Source: an uncultured Bacilli bacterium (GTDB taxonomy: Bacteria > Bacillota_I > Bacilli_A > RF39 > UBA660). From it: a stretch of DNA of 64,000 nucleotides. Position 1 is the stretch's first letter, and each line of letters begins with the position of its first letter. The stretch is taken from contig CALVUX010000004.1 in the NCBI GenBank assembly GCA_944363715.1, positions 5,140 to 69,139 on the forward strand, in the 5' to 3' direction. Positions 45,942 through 55,582 of this stretch are shown here, piece after piece. Below the pieces are notes generated by a model. The model was not told where the DNA came from. It ran no database searches and was given only the letters and a program-made list of their open reading frames with translations. The translations under genes were made by a program, and so were the position numbers.

Positions 45942-46937
45942 ATGCGATATATTATACAAATTGGTACTTTATATGATAATTATCATGAAATGAATTTTGG
46001 TTATGTTGGTATTGATTTAAATACAGGAGAAAAACATTATTATTCTAATTATGATAGTAAAGGTAATTGGTCTTTTAGAAGTATAACTGAATTTGATATG
46101 GATAATAAAGAAAAACTAAATCGTTTTTTACGCTCAAATTTATATCATTGTTATTATAATAAAGATGGTAGTGAAAAAATTCCAGAAGATGTAAAATCTT
46201 TAGCATATCAAATGATTGATAAGCATTTAATTTATAATAAACAAAATGACTATCCAATAGATAATTTAGAGAAAAACTTAAATAATTTATCTTTTAAATA
46301 TGTAAGTAATATTTCTTTGTTTGGGGATTTAGGTTTTTCTGGTAGATATATACCAGTAAAGAATACTATTGAAATGCCAATAACTAATATTGATTGGCAA
46401 AGATATGGCGAAGATGAAATAAAGGAAACAGAAGATATATTACTTCATGAGGCAGGTCATTTAAAAGTATCTAACTATTCATTAGATATTAAAAATAAAG
46501 AATTAAAGGTTAGGACAGGATTTTATACTTCAATAGTTAAAGTAGAACCTGTAATGTTAAGTAATGGTGATATATTTTTAAAATTTGAAGGAACTTTAGA
46601 TTTATACAAAAGAGATGAAGATAGAAATTTAGAAGAAGTTATGAATGATTTTGATTGTAAAGAAATAAACCCTAATTTTGTTCCTACATATCCTAATGTT
46701 GGTTATATATTAAACGATTTATGTGATGGTAGATTACAGAAAGCAAGATATTATGATGATGGAATAGAAGAGTTATATGATAGTTTAAATAGATTAATTA
46801 AAGGTAGAGATTTAGTTAATGAATTACTATTAAGTATAGTTGAAACTAATAGGTCTTTTGAAGATAATTATGAGGAGAATGAAGCTCACATGATGAAATT
46901 ATTAAAGAAATATCAACAGGTAAGGAATAGAAGATAA
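45942..46937 (+). CDS. Hypothetical protein with an HExxH zinc-metallopeptidase motif
   Basis: ILLHEAGHL at about aa 166. No signal peptide. No other motif recognised. Confidence 0.5.
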   Translation: MRYIIQIGTLYDNYHEMNFGYVGIDLNTGEKHYYSNYDSKGNWSFRSITEFDMDNKEKLNRFLRSNLYHCYYNKDGSEKIPEDVKSLAYQMIDKHLIYNKQNDYPIDNLEKNLNNLSFKYVSNISLFGDLGFSGRYIPVKNTIEMPITNIDWQRYGEDEIKETEDILLHEAGHLKVSNYSLDIKNKELKVRTGFYTSIVKVEPVMLSNGDIFLKFEGTLDLYKRDEDRNLEEVMNDFDCKEINPNFVPTYPNVGYILNDLCDGRLQKARYYDDGIEELYDSLNRLIKGRDLVNELLLSIVETNRSFEDNYEENEAHMMKLLKKYQQVRNRR

Positions 46938-47024
46938 TAAAAAAGATTAAATATACAATAGATATTTGATTTGGTGCTAAAATAGAAGTGAACTGTAAAT
47001 ATGAGATTATTTTATATGTTATAA

Positions 47025-47096
47025 AAATTTCCAGCCATTGGTTGGAAATTTTGGTTAGTAATATTATAAGAATTGCCATCCAGTGGCTGGCAAATT
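47025..47096. terminator. Two similar hairpins between convergent genes (bidirectional terminator region)
   Basis: AAATTTCCA-n9-TGGAAATTT and TTGCCA-n9-TGGCAA. Confidence 0.5.
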
Positions 47097-47127
47097 AAGT
47101 TTGTTTCATCAAATATAAAAGATATAA

Positions 47128-47757
47128 TTAAAAATATAAGTACTTAAATCCTAGTTCTTTATAAATTTCAGATGCTCTAGGGAGATTTAAAAGATTTGCA
47201 AATATTAAATTATAAAGTTCATCAAATAAGAAGATAGCACATATTGTATAACTTAATATTAAAAAGGCTTTTTTAGGCATCTTCTGTGCTAGATAAAAAC
47301 AAAGTGGTACTATTAAATACATTAATAATAAAGCTGATAATCCAAATACTAAAACACTTCTTAGACATACATAACCATTAATATTACCAAAGCTTAATAT
47401 TTCATTAGTATAATCCCAACATTTTATATGCATGATATGTTCCATGAAGGCTCCACCAATATATTCAAGTATACCAGTAGATATCATACTTACTATAAAA
47501 ACAAATAAAGGATTCTTTCTTTTCTTATAAGTTAAAACATATATCAATATAGCACCCATAGCATAAATATTTATCCATGGTAAGAAATTACCTCCACGAA
47601 AGTATATTTCAGTCATACCACTATTAAAATAATAAAATACTACTTCATATAGCCAACCAAACATCCCTGATATTACTATTATTAAACAAAATATTCCTAA
47701 CATAGTTTTTTTATCAAATTTATGATCTTTATTTAAATAATCTTTATACTTCTTCAT
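47128..47757 (-). CDS. CmpB/DUF1113-like 'ABC-transporter type IV' membrane protein
   Basis: Five or six TM segments. The GWLYEVVFYYF motif is typical of this family. Confidence 0.5.
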   Translation of the reverse strand: MKKYKDYLNKDHKFDKKTMLGIFCLIIVISGMFGWLYEVVFYYFNSGMTEIYFRGGNFLPWINIYAMGAILIYVLTYKKRKNPLFVFIVSMISTGILEYIGGAFMEHIMHIKCWDYTNEILSFGNINGYVCLRSVLVFGLSALLLMYLIVPLCFYLAQKMPKKAFLILSYTICAIFLFDELYNLIFANLLNLPRASEIYKELGFKYLYF

Positions 47758-47873
47758 GACTCTTAACTCCTTTAATACTTATAGTTTAGCAAAAAAAGAG
47801 ATGTATTTAAATATTTTATCAAGATAATGACATAATTGGACGTTTTACATAAACTATTATTGGAGTTGGTTTT

Positions 47874-48482
47874 ATGTATAAATTGCCTATGTTACCTTAT
47901 TTGTTTCAGGATTTAGAGCCATATATTGATACTCATACAATGGGATTACATTATCATAAACATGAACAGAATTATTTGAATAAATTAAATGAATTGTTAG
48001 TAAAAAATAATTTTGATTATCGTTATGGTATAAATGAATTATACTATCATTTAGATGAATTTAATGAAAGTGATAGAGTAGATATTCTATATAATTTAGG
48101 TGGTGTCTTAAATCATAACTTATATTTTAAGAGTATGAGTCCTAATAGAGTTTTACCAAGTGGAAGATTAAAAGAGGATATAGATAAGAAATATGGAAGT
48201 ATTGATAAATTCTTTTTAGAGTTTAAAAATAAAGCCATGAGTTTAAAAGGTTCAGGTTATACTTTTTTAGTAGTAAAAGATGATGGTTCTCTAGATATTA
48301 TAAATTTATCTAATCAAGAACTACCACAGTCTTTTGGGTTTATTCCTCTATTTAATATGGATATGTGGGAACATGCTTATTATTTAAATTATAAAAATGA
48401 AAAAGGAAACTATATTGATAACTTCTTGATAATTGCAGACTTTACTAATGCTAATAATTTATATAATAGTTTGATGAAGTAG
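47874..48482 (+). CDS. sodA: Fe/Mn superoxide dismutase
   Basis: LPYLFQDLEPYIDTHTMGLHYHKHEQNY, GGVLNHNLYF and DMWEHAYYLNY supply all four metal ligands. Confidence 0.9.
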   Translation: MYKLPMLPYLFQDLEPYIDTHTMGLHYHKHEQNYLNKLNELLVKNNFDYRYGINELYYHLDEFNESDRVDILYNLGGVLNHNLYFKSMSPNRVLPSGRLKEDIDKKYGSIDKFFLEFKNKAMSLKGSGYTFLVVKDDGSLDIINLSNQELPQSFGFIPLFNMDMWEHAYYLNYKNEKGNYIDNFLIIADFTNANNLYNSLMK

Positions 48483-48488
48483 GTAATT

Positions 48489-48514
48489 GAGTGATAATTT
48501 AATCACTCTTTTTT
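48489..48514 (+). terminator. Rho-independent terminator of sodA
   Basis: GAGTGAT-aattta-ATCACTC followed by TTTTTT. Confidence 0.8.
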
Positions 48515-48624
48515 AGTAAAATACTTTTTTCTGTTAATAATATTAGTGTAAAGTTAATCTCTTTTGTTTGTAAGATGTATTAAAATAATTTATACTATTA
48601 TTAGAGATAGAAAGGTAGTGTGTT

Positions 48625-49581
48625 ATGCTTTTAGATATAATAATTTTATTAGTAGGCTTTGTAATCATCATTAAATCATCAGATGTTTTAGTAGATGCTG
48701 CTTCATCTTTAGCTTTAAAGTTAAGAGTACCTAAGATGTTAATTGCATTAACAATAGTATCATTTGGTACTTGTGCTCCTGAAGCTGCCATATCTTTTAG
48801 AAGTGTTGCAAATGGTGATGGAGTAATGGCTTTTGCAAATGTTGTAGGTAGCTCGATTGTAAATGTTTTCTTAATTATAGGACTTGCTAGCTTCTTAAGA
48901 CCTATTAAAGTAAGACATGCTACTGTAAAAAAAGAATTACCTTTACTTTTTATTGTTACGACAGCGTTTTCTTTTTTAATGCTAGATGCTGTATTTAATC
49001 CTATGAGTCCTAATACATTTTCAAGAAATGATAGTTTTATTTTAATTTTATTATTTTGTATGTTTGTTCTTTATTTAGTAGGAATGTTATTTAAAAAGAA
49101 TAAAAAGTACGAAGAGGAAGAGATAAGTAAATATTCTGCTATCATGTCTTGTCTACTTTTAGTTGTTACAATTATCTTAATAGTTTATAGTAGTGAAATG
49201 ATTGTAGACTCTGCTAAAGCGATTGCCAGTGGACTAAATATAAGTGAGAAAGCAATTACAATGACTGCTATCGTAATAGGTACAAGTTTACCTGAGATGA
49301 TTATGACAGTAACAAGTGCTAGAAAAGGTGAGTTTGATATGGCTATTGGAAATATTATTGGTACTAATATCTTTAATATATGTATAGTTTTAGGACTTCC
49401 TATTCTTATATATGGTGATATTGTCTTAAAAGGTTTTAGTTTTATTGATATACTTGTTGTATTCCTATCTTCATTTCTTTTGTTTATCTTTGCAAGAAGT
49501 GAAAGAGAAGTTAGTAAAAAAGAAGGAACTATTATGTTAATAGTATTTGTCCTTTATTATGTATATATGTTATTCTTTTAA
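48625..49581 (+). CDS. CaCA-family Na+/Ca2+ (cation) antiporter, YrbG-like
   Basis: Two alpha-repeats, GTCAPEAAISF and GTSLPEMIMTV. About 10 TM segments. Confidence 0.85.
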   Translation: MLLDIIILLVGFVIIIKSSDVLVDAASSLALKLRVPKMLIALTIVSFGTCAPEAAISFRSVANGDGVMAFANVVGSSIVNVFLIIGLASFLRPIKVRHATVKKELPLLFIVTTAFSFLMLDAVFNPMSPNTFSRNDSFILILLFCMFVLYLVGMLFKKNKKYEEEEISKYSAIMSCLLLVVTIILIVYSSEMIVDSAKAIASGLNISEKAITMTAIVIGTSLPEMIMTVTSARKGEFDMAIGNIIGTNIFNICIVLGLPILIYGDIVLKGFSFIDILVVFLSSFLLFIFARSEREVSKKEGTIMLIVFVLYYVYMLFF

Positions 49582-49585
49582 TAAG

Positions 49586-49910
49586 AAGTACAAGTGAACA
49601 AGTAAGTGAACAAGTAAGTGGACAATAAACTGGACAACAAAGTGATACAGCTGGTGATACACAAAGTGATACAGCTGGTGATACACAAAGTGATACACAA
49701 AGTGAAGTATTTAATAATGTATTAGCATTTTGTAAAGAACCAAAAACTGCTAAAGAAATTAGAAATTATTTAGGTATTTCTTCAAAAAGATATGTTGCTT
49801 ACAAAATATTAAAGCCACTTATCGATTTAAATAAATTAGAGTATACTAATAAGAAAATTACTAATGCTAGAAATCAAAGATATGTAACTGTTAGAGATAA
49901 GAAAAAATAG
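49586..49910 (+). pseudogene. 3' remnant of an AlbA_2/HATPase_c_4-type ('RecG-like') putative regulator gene, with short tandem coding repeats
   Basis: No start codon. STSEQVSEQVSGQ then a stop, then in frame ...SDTAGDTQSDTAGDTQSDTQSEVFNNVLAFCKEPKTAKEIRNYLGISSKRYVAYKILKPLIDLNKLEYTNKKITNARNQRYVTV, the family's characteristic wHTH C-terminus. Repeats: 12-bp x3 at 49593-49628 and 24-bp x2.5 at 49641-49700. Confidence 0.6.
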
Positions 49911-49926
49911 GAAGTGTAATAATTAT

Positions 49927-50499
49927 ATGAGTGCAAAGTATTTAAAAGTTATGTTTGATAACGTTAGTGGTGCTAATGATAACTTAAAATATAAAATTGA
50001 TGAAGTAAATATTGCCAAAAACTTTAATCCTAATGCTAACAATTCTAAAGAAATGGGTGGATTTAATTTTTCGACTGAAGATAAGATATTTAGATGGTTA
50101 GTTAGAGGAGATACTTTATATGATGTAATAATACCAGAGGATGCAGAGATTATTAATGTTCCAAGTAACTCTGCTCCTAATGGTGTATTTAGGACTAATA
50201 AAATAATTTTAACTAATAAAAGAAAAATGACTGATGAAATGGCAATGTATTTCTATAAGAAATCTAACTTGCCAGAAAAATCATATTATAAAGCTTTAGC
50301 AGGTATTATGGTAAGAGGTTATAAAAATACTTGTTTACAATTGATTAGGGATAAAGTTAATAAGGATAATATAGATTTAGTATTAAAAGAAATCAATGAT
50401 TTTGTAGGACCTAATATGAGTAAAGAAAAAGATAATAGTCATAAAGTCTTTTATGAAGTTATGGATGTTTTAAATAAAATAAAAGTGTCAAATGAGTGA
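49927..50499 (+). CDS. Hypothetical protein (190 aa)
   Basis: ORF only. RBS AGGAAG upstream. No recognisable motif. Confidence 0.4.
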   Translation: MSAKYLKVMFDNVSGANDNLKYKIDEVNIAKNFNPNANNSKEMGGFNFSTEDKIFRWLVRGDTLYDVIIPEDAEIINVPSNSAPNGVFRTNKIILTNKRKMTDEMAMYFYKKSNLPEKSYYKALAGIMVRGYKNTCLQLIRDKVNKDNIDLVLKEINDFVGPNMSKEKDNSHKVFYEVMDVLNKIKVSNE

Positions 50500-50568
50500 C
50501 AATCTCTTTAAATTATTCTTTAGTTTTGTTATACTGAAGTAGTAATGATACGAAAGGCAGTGAAGGTT

Positions 50569-52833
50569 ATGGCAAAAAGAAAGAAAAAGAAAGAAACTAA
50601 AAAAGGTTTTGCTCATGCTACAGAATTATATGGTGTATTACTTGTTTTAGCAGCAATTCTTGGTATTGGTAGATATGGTCCTGTTGGTAATATGATTGCA
50701 TCCTTTGCAATATTTCTTGTAGGGGTATTTTATAATGTATTATTAGTAGTTTTGTTAGTACTAGGTGCATATTTAATTATAAATAGAGAGTGGCCTAATT
50801 TATTTACAACTAAAATGTTAGGTATTTATTTATTAGTTATAGGTCTACTTGTTTTAATGCATGAAAACTTTATATTACAAAATGATAGTAATGCTATTAA
50901 AGTATTTAGTGAAACTACTAATCAGTTAATTAATTCCTTTTCAGATGTTATGAAGGGTGCTAGACCTAATGCAATTGGGGGAGGTATTATTGGTTGTACT
51001 TTTGGAGTCTTATTTATGATGTTATTCTCATATAAGGGAATGCAGATAATCGCTTGGACTTTAATTATTATAGGGTTCTCATTATTTACTGGCTTTTCTA
51101 TTGTTGACTTTGTTAAAGATAAGGCAAGTAAGGCTAAAGAGAAGTTCCCTAAAAGAGATAAGAGTAAGGATGAAGAGGAAACTAATAGTAAGAAACCTAT
51201 TATTACAGGTAATGAGGAACCTGTTATGGGTGAGATAAAAGACGATGATAAGAAAATTGTTATATCTAGTATAGATGAGTTAACTAAAGCTAAGGTAAAT
51301 GAAGAAGTTACTGAGAATAATGATGTTAGTGATGAAGATAAAGAGTCTACTAATAAAACTACTGTTAAACATAATTATGTTTTACCATCTATTAATTTAT
51401 TAGATGCCCCTAAGAAAAAGAAAAATAGTGTTAATCAAAGTTTAATTGAAAAGAATATAGAAATACTTGAGAAAGTATTAAAAGACTTTAATATTATTGG
51501 TAAAGTAGTAGAAGTACATATTGGTCCTACTGTTACTCAGTATGAGTTAGAACTTCATTCTGGTACTAAGGTTAGTAAGCTTTTATCTATTCATAGAGAA
51601 ATAGCTTTAGCGATTGCTACTAAAGATGTTAGAATACAAGCTCCTATACCTGGTAAGAATACAGTAGGTATAGAAATTGCTAATAAAGAAACTGCTGCTG
51701 TTTCCTTTAGAGAAGTGTTAGAAAAAGTACCTAAGTCACTTGATGGTTCAAAATTACTTTGTCCTTTAGGTAAAAATATTATGGGTAATGTTATATGGTG
51801 TGAAATTAATAAAACACCACACCTTTTAGTAGCAGGTTCTACTGGTTCAGGTAAATCTGTATGTATTAATGGTATTATTTGTTCTATTTTAATGAGAGCG
51901 AAACCAGATGAAGTAAAACTTGTTATGGTTGATCCTAAAAAAGTTGAACTTTCTGGTTATAACGGGGTTCCTCATTTGATGAGACCAGTTGTAACTGACC
52001 CTAAGGAAGCAAGTGTCGCTTTATCTAAGATAGTTGCAGAGATGGAAAGACGTTATGATACTTTTAGTGAGACTAAAACTAAAAATATTGCAACTTACAA
52101 TGATTATGTAGAAAAGAAGAATAAGACTTTACCTGCAGATGAACAAATTAAAAAGATGCCATTTATTGTCGTTATCATCGACGAGTTAGCAGACCTTATG
52201 TTAGTTGCAAGTAAAGATGTAGAAGCATCTATTATGAGAATTACGCAAATGGCTCGTGCTGCTGGTATTCACTTAATTATCGCTACTCAAAGACCATCAA
52301 CAGATGTAATTACTGGTGTTGTTAAAGCGAATATTCCAAGTCGTATTTCATTTGCCGTATCTAGTAGTATAGACTCACGTACAATTCTTGATATGACAGG
52401 AGCAGAAAAATTACTTGGTAAAGGTGATATGTTATTCTTACCAATGGGAGAAGCAGATCCAGAACGTATACAAGGTGCCTTTATTTCTGATGATGAGATT
52501 AAAAGAATTATTGATTATACAGTTGAACAACAAAAAGCTGAATATGATCAAAGCTTTATGAATTTATCAGGAGATAGCGAAAAGAGTGCCTCACAAAAAG
52601 AAGACATGGCTCAAGTTGAAGAATATGATGACCCTCTATATAATGAAATAGTAGAGTTTGTTATAGAAACACAGAAAGCAAGTGCATCACTTCTACAAAG
52701 AAGGTTTAAGCTTGGTTATAATAGAGCAGCGAGGATTATAGATTTATTGGAAGAAAGAGGTATTATTGGACCACCTAATGGATCTAAGCCTAGAGAAGTA
52801 CTTGTTAAGTTAGATGATGGGGATGAGGAATAA
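50569..52833 (+). CDS. ftsK: DNA translocase FtsK/SpoIIIE
   Basis: N-terminal 4 TM segments, linker, Walker A GSTGSGKSV, Walker B VVIIDELADL, RAAGIHLIIATQRPS, and gamma wHTH LLQRRFKLGYNRAARIIDLLEERGIIG. Start is 50569 or 50545. Confidence 0.9.
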   Translation: MAKRKKKKETKKGFAHATELYGVLLVLAAILGIGRYGPVGNMIASFAIFLVGVFYNVLLVVLLVLGAYLIINREWPNLFTTKMLGIYLLVIGLLVLMHENFILQNDSNAIKVFSETTNQLINSFSDVMKGARPNAIGGGIIGCTFGVLFMMLFSYKGMQIIAWTLIIIGFSLFTGFSIVDFVKDKASKAKEKFPKRDKSKDEEETNSKKPIITGNEEPVMGEIKDDDKKIVISSIDELTKAKVNEEVTENNDVSDEDKESTNKTTVKHNYVLPSINLLDAPKKKKNSVNQSLIEKNIEILEKVLKDFNIIGKVVEVHIGPTVTQYELELHSGTKVSKLLSIHREIALAIATKDVRIQAPIPGKNTVGIEIANKETAAVSFREVLEKVPKSLDGSKLLCPLGKNIMGNVIWCEINKTPHLLVAGSTGSGKSVCINGIICSILMRAKPDEVKLVMVDPKKVELSGYNGVPHLMRPVVTDPKEASVALSKIVAEMERRYDTFSETKTKNIATYNDYVEKKNKTLPADEQIKKMPFIVVIIDELADLMLVASKDVEASIMRITQMARAAGIHLIIATQRPSTDVITGVVKANIPSRISFAVSSSIDSRTILDMTGAEKLLGKGDMLFLPMGEADPERIQGAFISDDEIKRIIDYTVEQQKAEYDQSFMNLSGDSEKSASQKEDMAQVEEYDDPLYNEIVEFVIETQKASASLLQRRFKLGYNRAARIIDLLEERGIIGPPNGSKPREVLVKLDDGDEE

Positions 52834-52896
52834 TATTCATCCTCTTTTTTCTTTGGGGTATTTGTGTTAAAATATGTTACGTAAAGGACTGATATT

Positions 52897-53730
52897 ATGA
52901 AGTTATTAGGTGTAATAAGAGGCAATAATTTTTTAGAATATTTAGATAATTGTTTAGATGGTATGATTTTACCACTAGAAAGTTTTTCTGTTGATTATTT
53001 TAAGTATTATAGTATTTCTGATATTAAGGAATATAGAAAAAATACTGATAAATTACTATATGTAGTTATAAATAAAATGATATTTAATAATGAATTAGAT
53101 AGTTTATTTAAAGTATTAAAAGAACTAGAAAATATAAAAGTAGATGGTGTTTTCTTTTATGATTTAGCAGTTCTAAACTTAGTTAGAGAAAATAATTTAT
53201 CAATAAATTTAATCTATAATGGAACTCATATGGTCACTAATAGTGATACTATTAATTTATATTATGATTTAGGTGTTAAAGGAGCATATTTATCTAATGA
53301 AATAACTAAAAATGAAGTACTTAATATAAGAAGTAATACTAAAAGTGATTTATTTATTTTATTACTTGGTAATCCAGTAGTCGCTATGTCTAGAAGAAAT
53401 CTACTTACTAGTTATTTTGCTAATAAAAATAAAAGTAAGAGTGACTTAATTACTATTAAAGAGCCTAAAAGTGGGCAAGAGTTCTTAGTTAAAGAAGATA
53501 GTAATGGAACAACTTTCTTTTATAATAAGAGACTTAATTTAAGTAATGTTTATAAAGAATTAAAAGACTCTGGTATTAACTATGGAATTATAGAACAAGG
53601 CGATTACAGTTCTCTAGAATATAAAGAGTTAATTAATGCTTTTGTTAATTTTAATAAGAAAAAAATAGATGAATTAGTAGGATATAATAGAGGTTTCTTA
53701 TATAGAGAGACTATCTATAAAGTAAAGTAG
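52897..53730 (+). CDS. Peptidase U32 family protein (YrrN/TrhP-partner-like)
   Basis: U32-like TIM-barrel pattern and pairing with the larger U32 gene at 54366, as in the Bacillus yrrN-yrrO pair. Call is by context and weak motifs. Confidence 0.55.
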   Translation: MKLLGVIRGNNFLEYLDNCLDGMILPLESFSVDYFKYYSISDIKEYRKNTDKLLYVVINKMIFNNELDSLFKVLKELENIKVDGVFFYDLAVLNLVRENNLSINLIYNGTHMVTNSDTINLYYDLGVKGAYLSNEITKNEVLNIRSNTKSDLFILLLGNPVVAMSRRNLLTSYFANKNKSKSDLITIKEPKSGQEFLVKEDSNGTTFFYNKRLNLSNVYKELKDSGINYGIIEQGDYSSLEYKELINAFVNFNKKKIDELVGYNRGFLYRETIYKVK

Positions 53731-53742
53731 GAGGGAGTAGTT

Positions 53743-54345
53743 ATGAAACAAATTATTTTTGCAACTTCTAATGAATCTAAAGCAAAAAGATTTAGTAAAG
53801 GATTAAAAGAATTAGGAATAGAAGTATTATCTTTAAAAGATATAGATATTAAATTAGATGTAGAAGAAGATGGAAATACTGCTATAGAAAATGCTTTAAT
53901 AAAAGCTAGAGAGTGTTATAGAAAGACAAAAATGCCTAGTATGGGTATGGATGATACACTATATATAGAAGGTGTTCCTAAAGATTTACAACCTGGGTTA
54001 TTTGTTAGACGTGTAAATGGAAAGAGTTTAACAGATGAAGAGATGATAGAACATTATACTAATTTAGTAAAAGAATATGGAAAAGACGGTAGAATTAATT
54101 GTAAATGGATATATGGTTTAGCAGTTATTAATGAAAAGGGAGAAGAAGCTACATATACTTGGTCTAAAGATGATTTCTATATGGTAAGTACTAAGAGTGA
54201 TAAAATTAATCCGGGATATCCATTAAATTCTATTTCTAAATATAAAAAGTTAGATAAATATTTTACAGATGTAACTTTAGATGATATGAAACTTATAGAA
54301 GTAAATGAAGATGATGTAGTAGACTTTATCGCTAAACATATTTAA
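53743..54345 (+). CDS. Ham1/RdgB-like non-canonical NTP pyrophosphatase family protein (divergent)
   Basis: N-terminal IIFATSNESKAKRF (TxNxxK motif) and a central acidic GMDDTLY. Confidence 0.5.
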   Translation: MKQIIFATSNESKAKRFSKGLKELGIEVLSLKDIDIKLDVEEDGNTAIENALIKARECYRKTKMPSMGMDDTLYIEGVPKDLQPGLFVRRVNGKSLTDEEMIEHYTNLVKEYGKDGRINCKWIYGLAVINEKGEEATYTWSKDDFYMVSTKSDKINPGYPLNSISKYKKLDKYFTDVTLDDMKLIEVNEDDVVDFIAKHI

Positions 54346-54365
54346 ATTAAGAAGGTAGTGATGTT

Positions 54366-55550
54366 ATGAAAAAAATAGAATTACTAGCACCAGCAGGTGA
54401 TTTAGAAAGACTTAAAGTAGTTTTGTTATACGGTGCTGATGCTGTTTATGTTGGAGGAGAAAAATTAAGTTTAAGAGCAAATGCTACTAATTTTAGTTTA
54501 GAAGAATTAAAAGAAGGATGTACTTTCGCTCATAATCTAAAAAAACGTGTCTATTTAACCGCTAATATTGTCTTTCATGATAAAGATAGAAAAGGTATGG
54601 AAGAATATATTAAAGAAGTTATAGACTGTGGTATAGATGCTTTTATTGTTAGTGATTTATATCTTGCTAAATACATAATAGATAACTATAAATCAGTAGA
54701 AGTTCATATTTCAACACAAGACTCTATTACTAATATAAGCAGTGCAATGTTTTATAGAAATTTAGGAGCAAGTAGAGTGGTACTTGCAAGAGAATTATCT
54801 CGTGAAGAAATAAAAGAAATATCAAGTATAACTAATCTAGAGACTGAAGTCTTTATTCATGGAGCCATGTGTACTTGTTTTAGTGGTAGATGTGCTTTAT
54901 CTAATTATGTTACTAATAGAGATGCAAACCGTGGAGGGTGTGCCCAAGTATGTCGTTTTGCCTTCGATTATGATAGTAATGATAAATTTACTCTTGCTAC
55001 TAAAGATTTAAACATGGCAATCTTTATTAAAGACTTAATAGATATTGGAGTTAGTTCTCTAAAAGTAGAAGGAAGAATGAGAAGTTTATATTACCTTGCA
55101 ACAGTTATTGGTAGTTATAGATTTTTAATAGATAGTATTTATGATGGAACATTAACGGATGAGAAATTACTTGAGTATCAAAAACGACTTGATTCTGTCG
55201 CTAATCGTGATACAACAACTCAATACTTTAATCATTTAGCAGATTATACAGACCAGTATTATACAGGTAGACAAGAAGTATCTAATCAAGAGTATCTAGG
55301 GCTTATAATAGGTTATGATGAAAAGATGAAATCTATTGTTTTAAAAGAACGTAACTACTTTAAAGTAGGTGATGAAGTAGAGATATTTACACCTAATGGA
55401 GAGATTTATCCTTATAAAATAGAAACTATCTATAATGAAAATAATGAGAAAATAGATGTTGCAAGACATCCAGAAGAAATATTAAAATTACCATTTGATA
55501 CAAGACTTATTCCTTATTCTATGATAAGATTAATTAGAAAGGGTAAATAA
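54366..55550 (+). CDS. Peptidase U32 family protein (YrrO/TrhP-like, collagenase-like PrtC family)
   Basis: ELLAPAGDLERLKVVLLYGADAVYVGG, EVFIHGAMCTCFSGRCALSNY and NRGGCAQVCR are U32 signature cysteines. Confidence 0.85.
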   Translation: MKKIELLAPAGDLERLKVVLLYGADAVYVGGEKLSLRANATNFSLEELKEGCTFAHNLKKRVYLTANIVFHDKDRKGMEEYIKEVIDCGIDAFIVSDLYLAKYIIDNYKSVEVHISTQDSITNISSAMFYRNLGASRVVLARELSREEIKEISSITNLETEVFIHGAMCTCFSGRCALSNYVTNRDANRGGCAQVCRFAFDYDSNDKFTLATKDLNMAIFIKDLIDIGVSSLKVEGRMRSLYYLATVIGSYRFLIDSIYDGTLTDEKLLEYQKRLDSVANRDTTTQYFNHLADYTDQYYTGRQEVSNQEYLGLIIGYDEKMKSIVLKERNYFKVGDEVEIFTPNGEIYPYKIETIYNENNEKIDVARHPEEILKLPFDTRLIPYSMIRLIRKGK

Positions 55551-55582
55551 TCTTTTAAGATAAGTAATAAGGAGAAGTAGTT

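Noticed and set aside
46846-47079. 77-aa minus-strand ORF spanning the intergenic hairpins
   Set aside because: It overlaps the 3' end of the HExxH gene and the terminator hairpins, has no RBS, and has an AT-rich low-complexity translation.
48543-48791. 82-aa minus-strand ORF overlapping the antiporter start
   Set aside because: It is antisense to a well-supported CaCA antiporter gene and its promoter region, and has no RBS.
49593-49700. Short tandem repeats (12-bp and 24-bp units) that might suggest a CRISPR or VNTR array
   Set aside because: The units are contiguous with no spacers. They are in frame with a recognisable protein C-terminus, so they are coding oligopeptide repeats of a gene remnant.
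52716-52925. 69-aa minus-strand ORF across the ftsK 3' end and the U32 gene start
   Set aside because: It is antisense to two supported genes and has no RBS.
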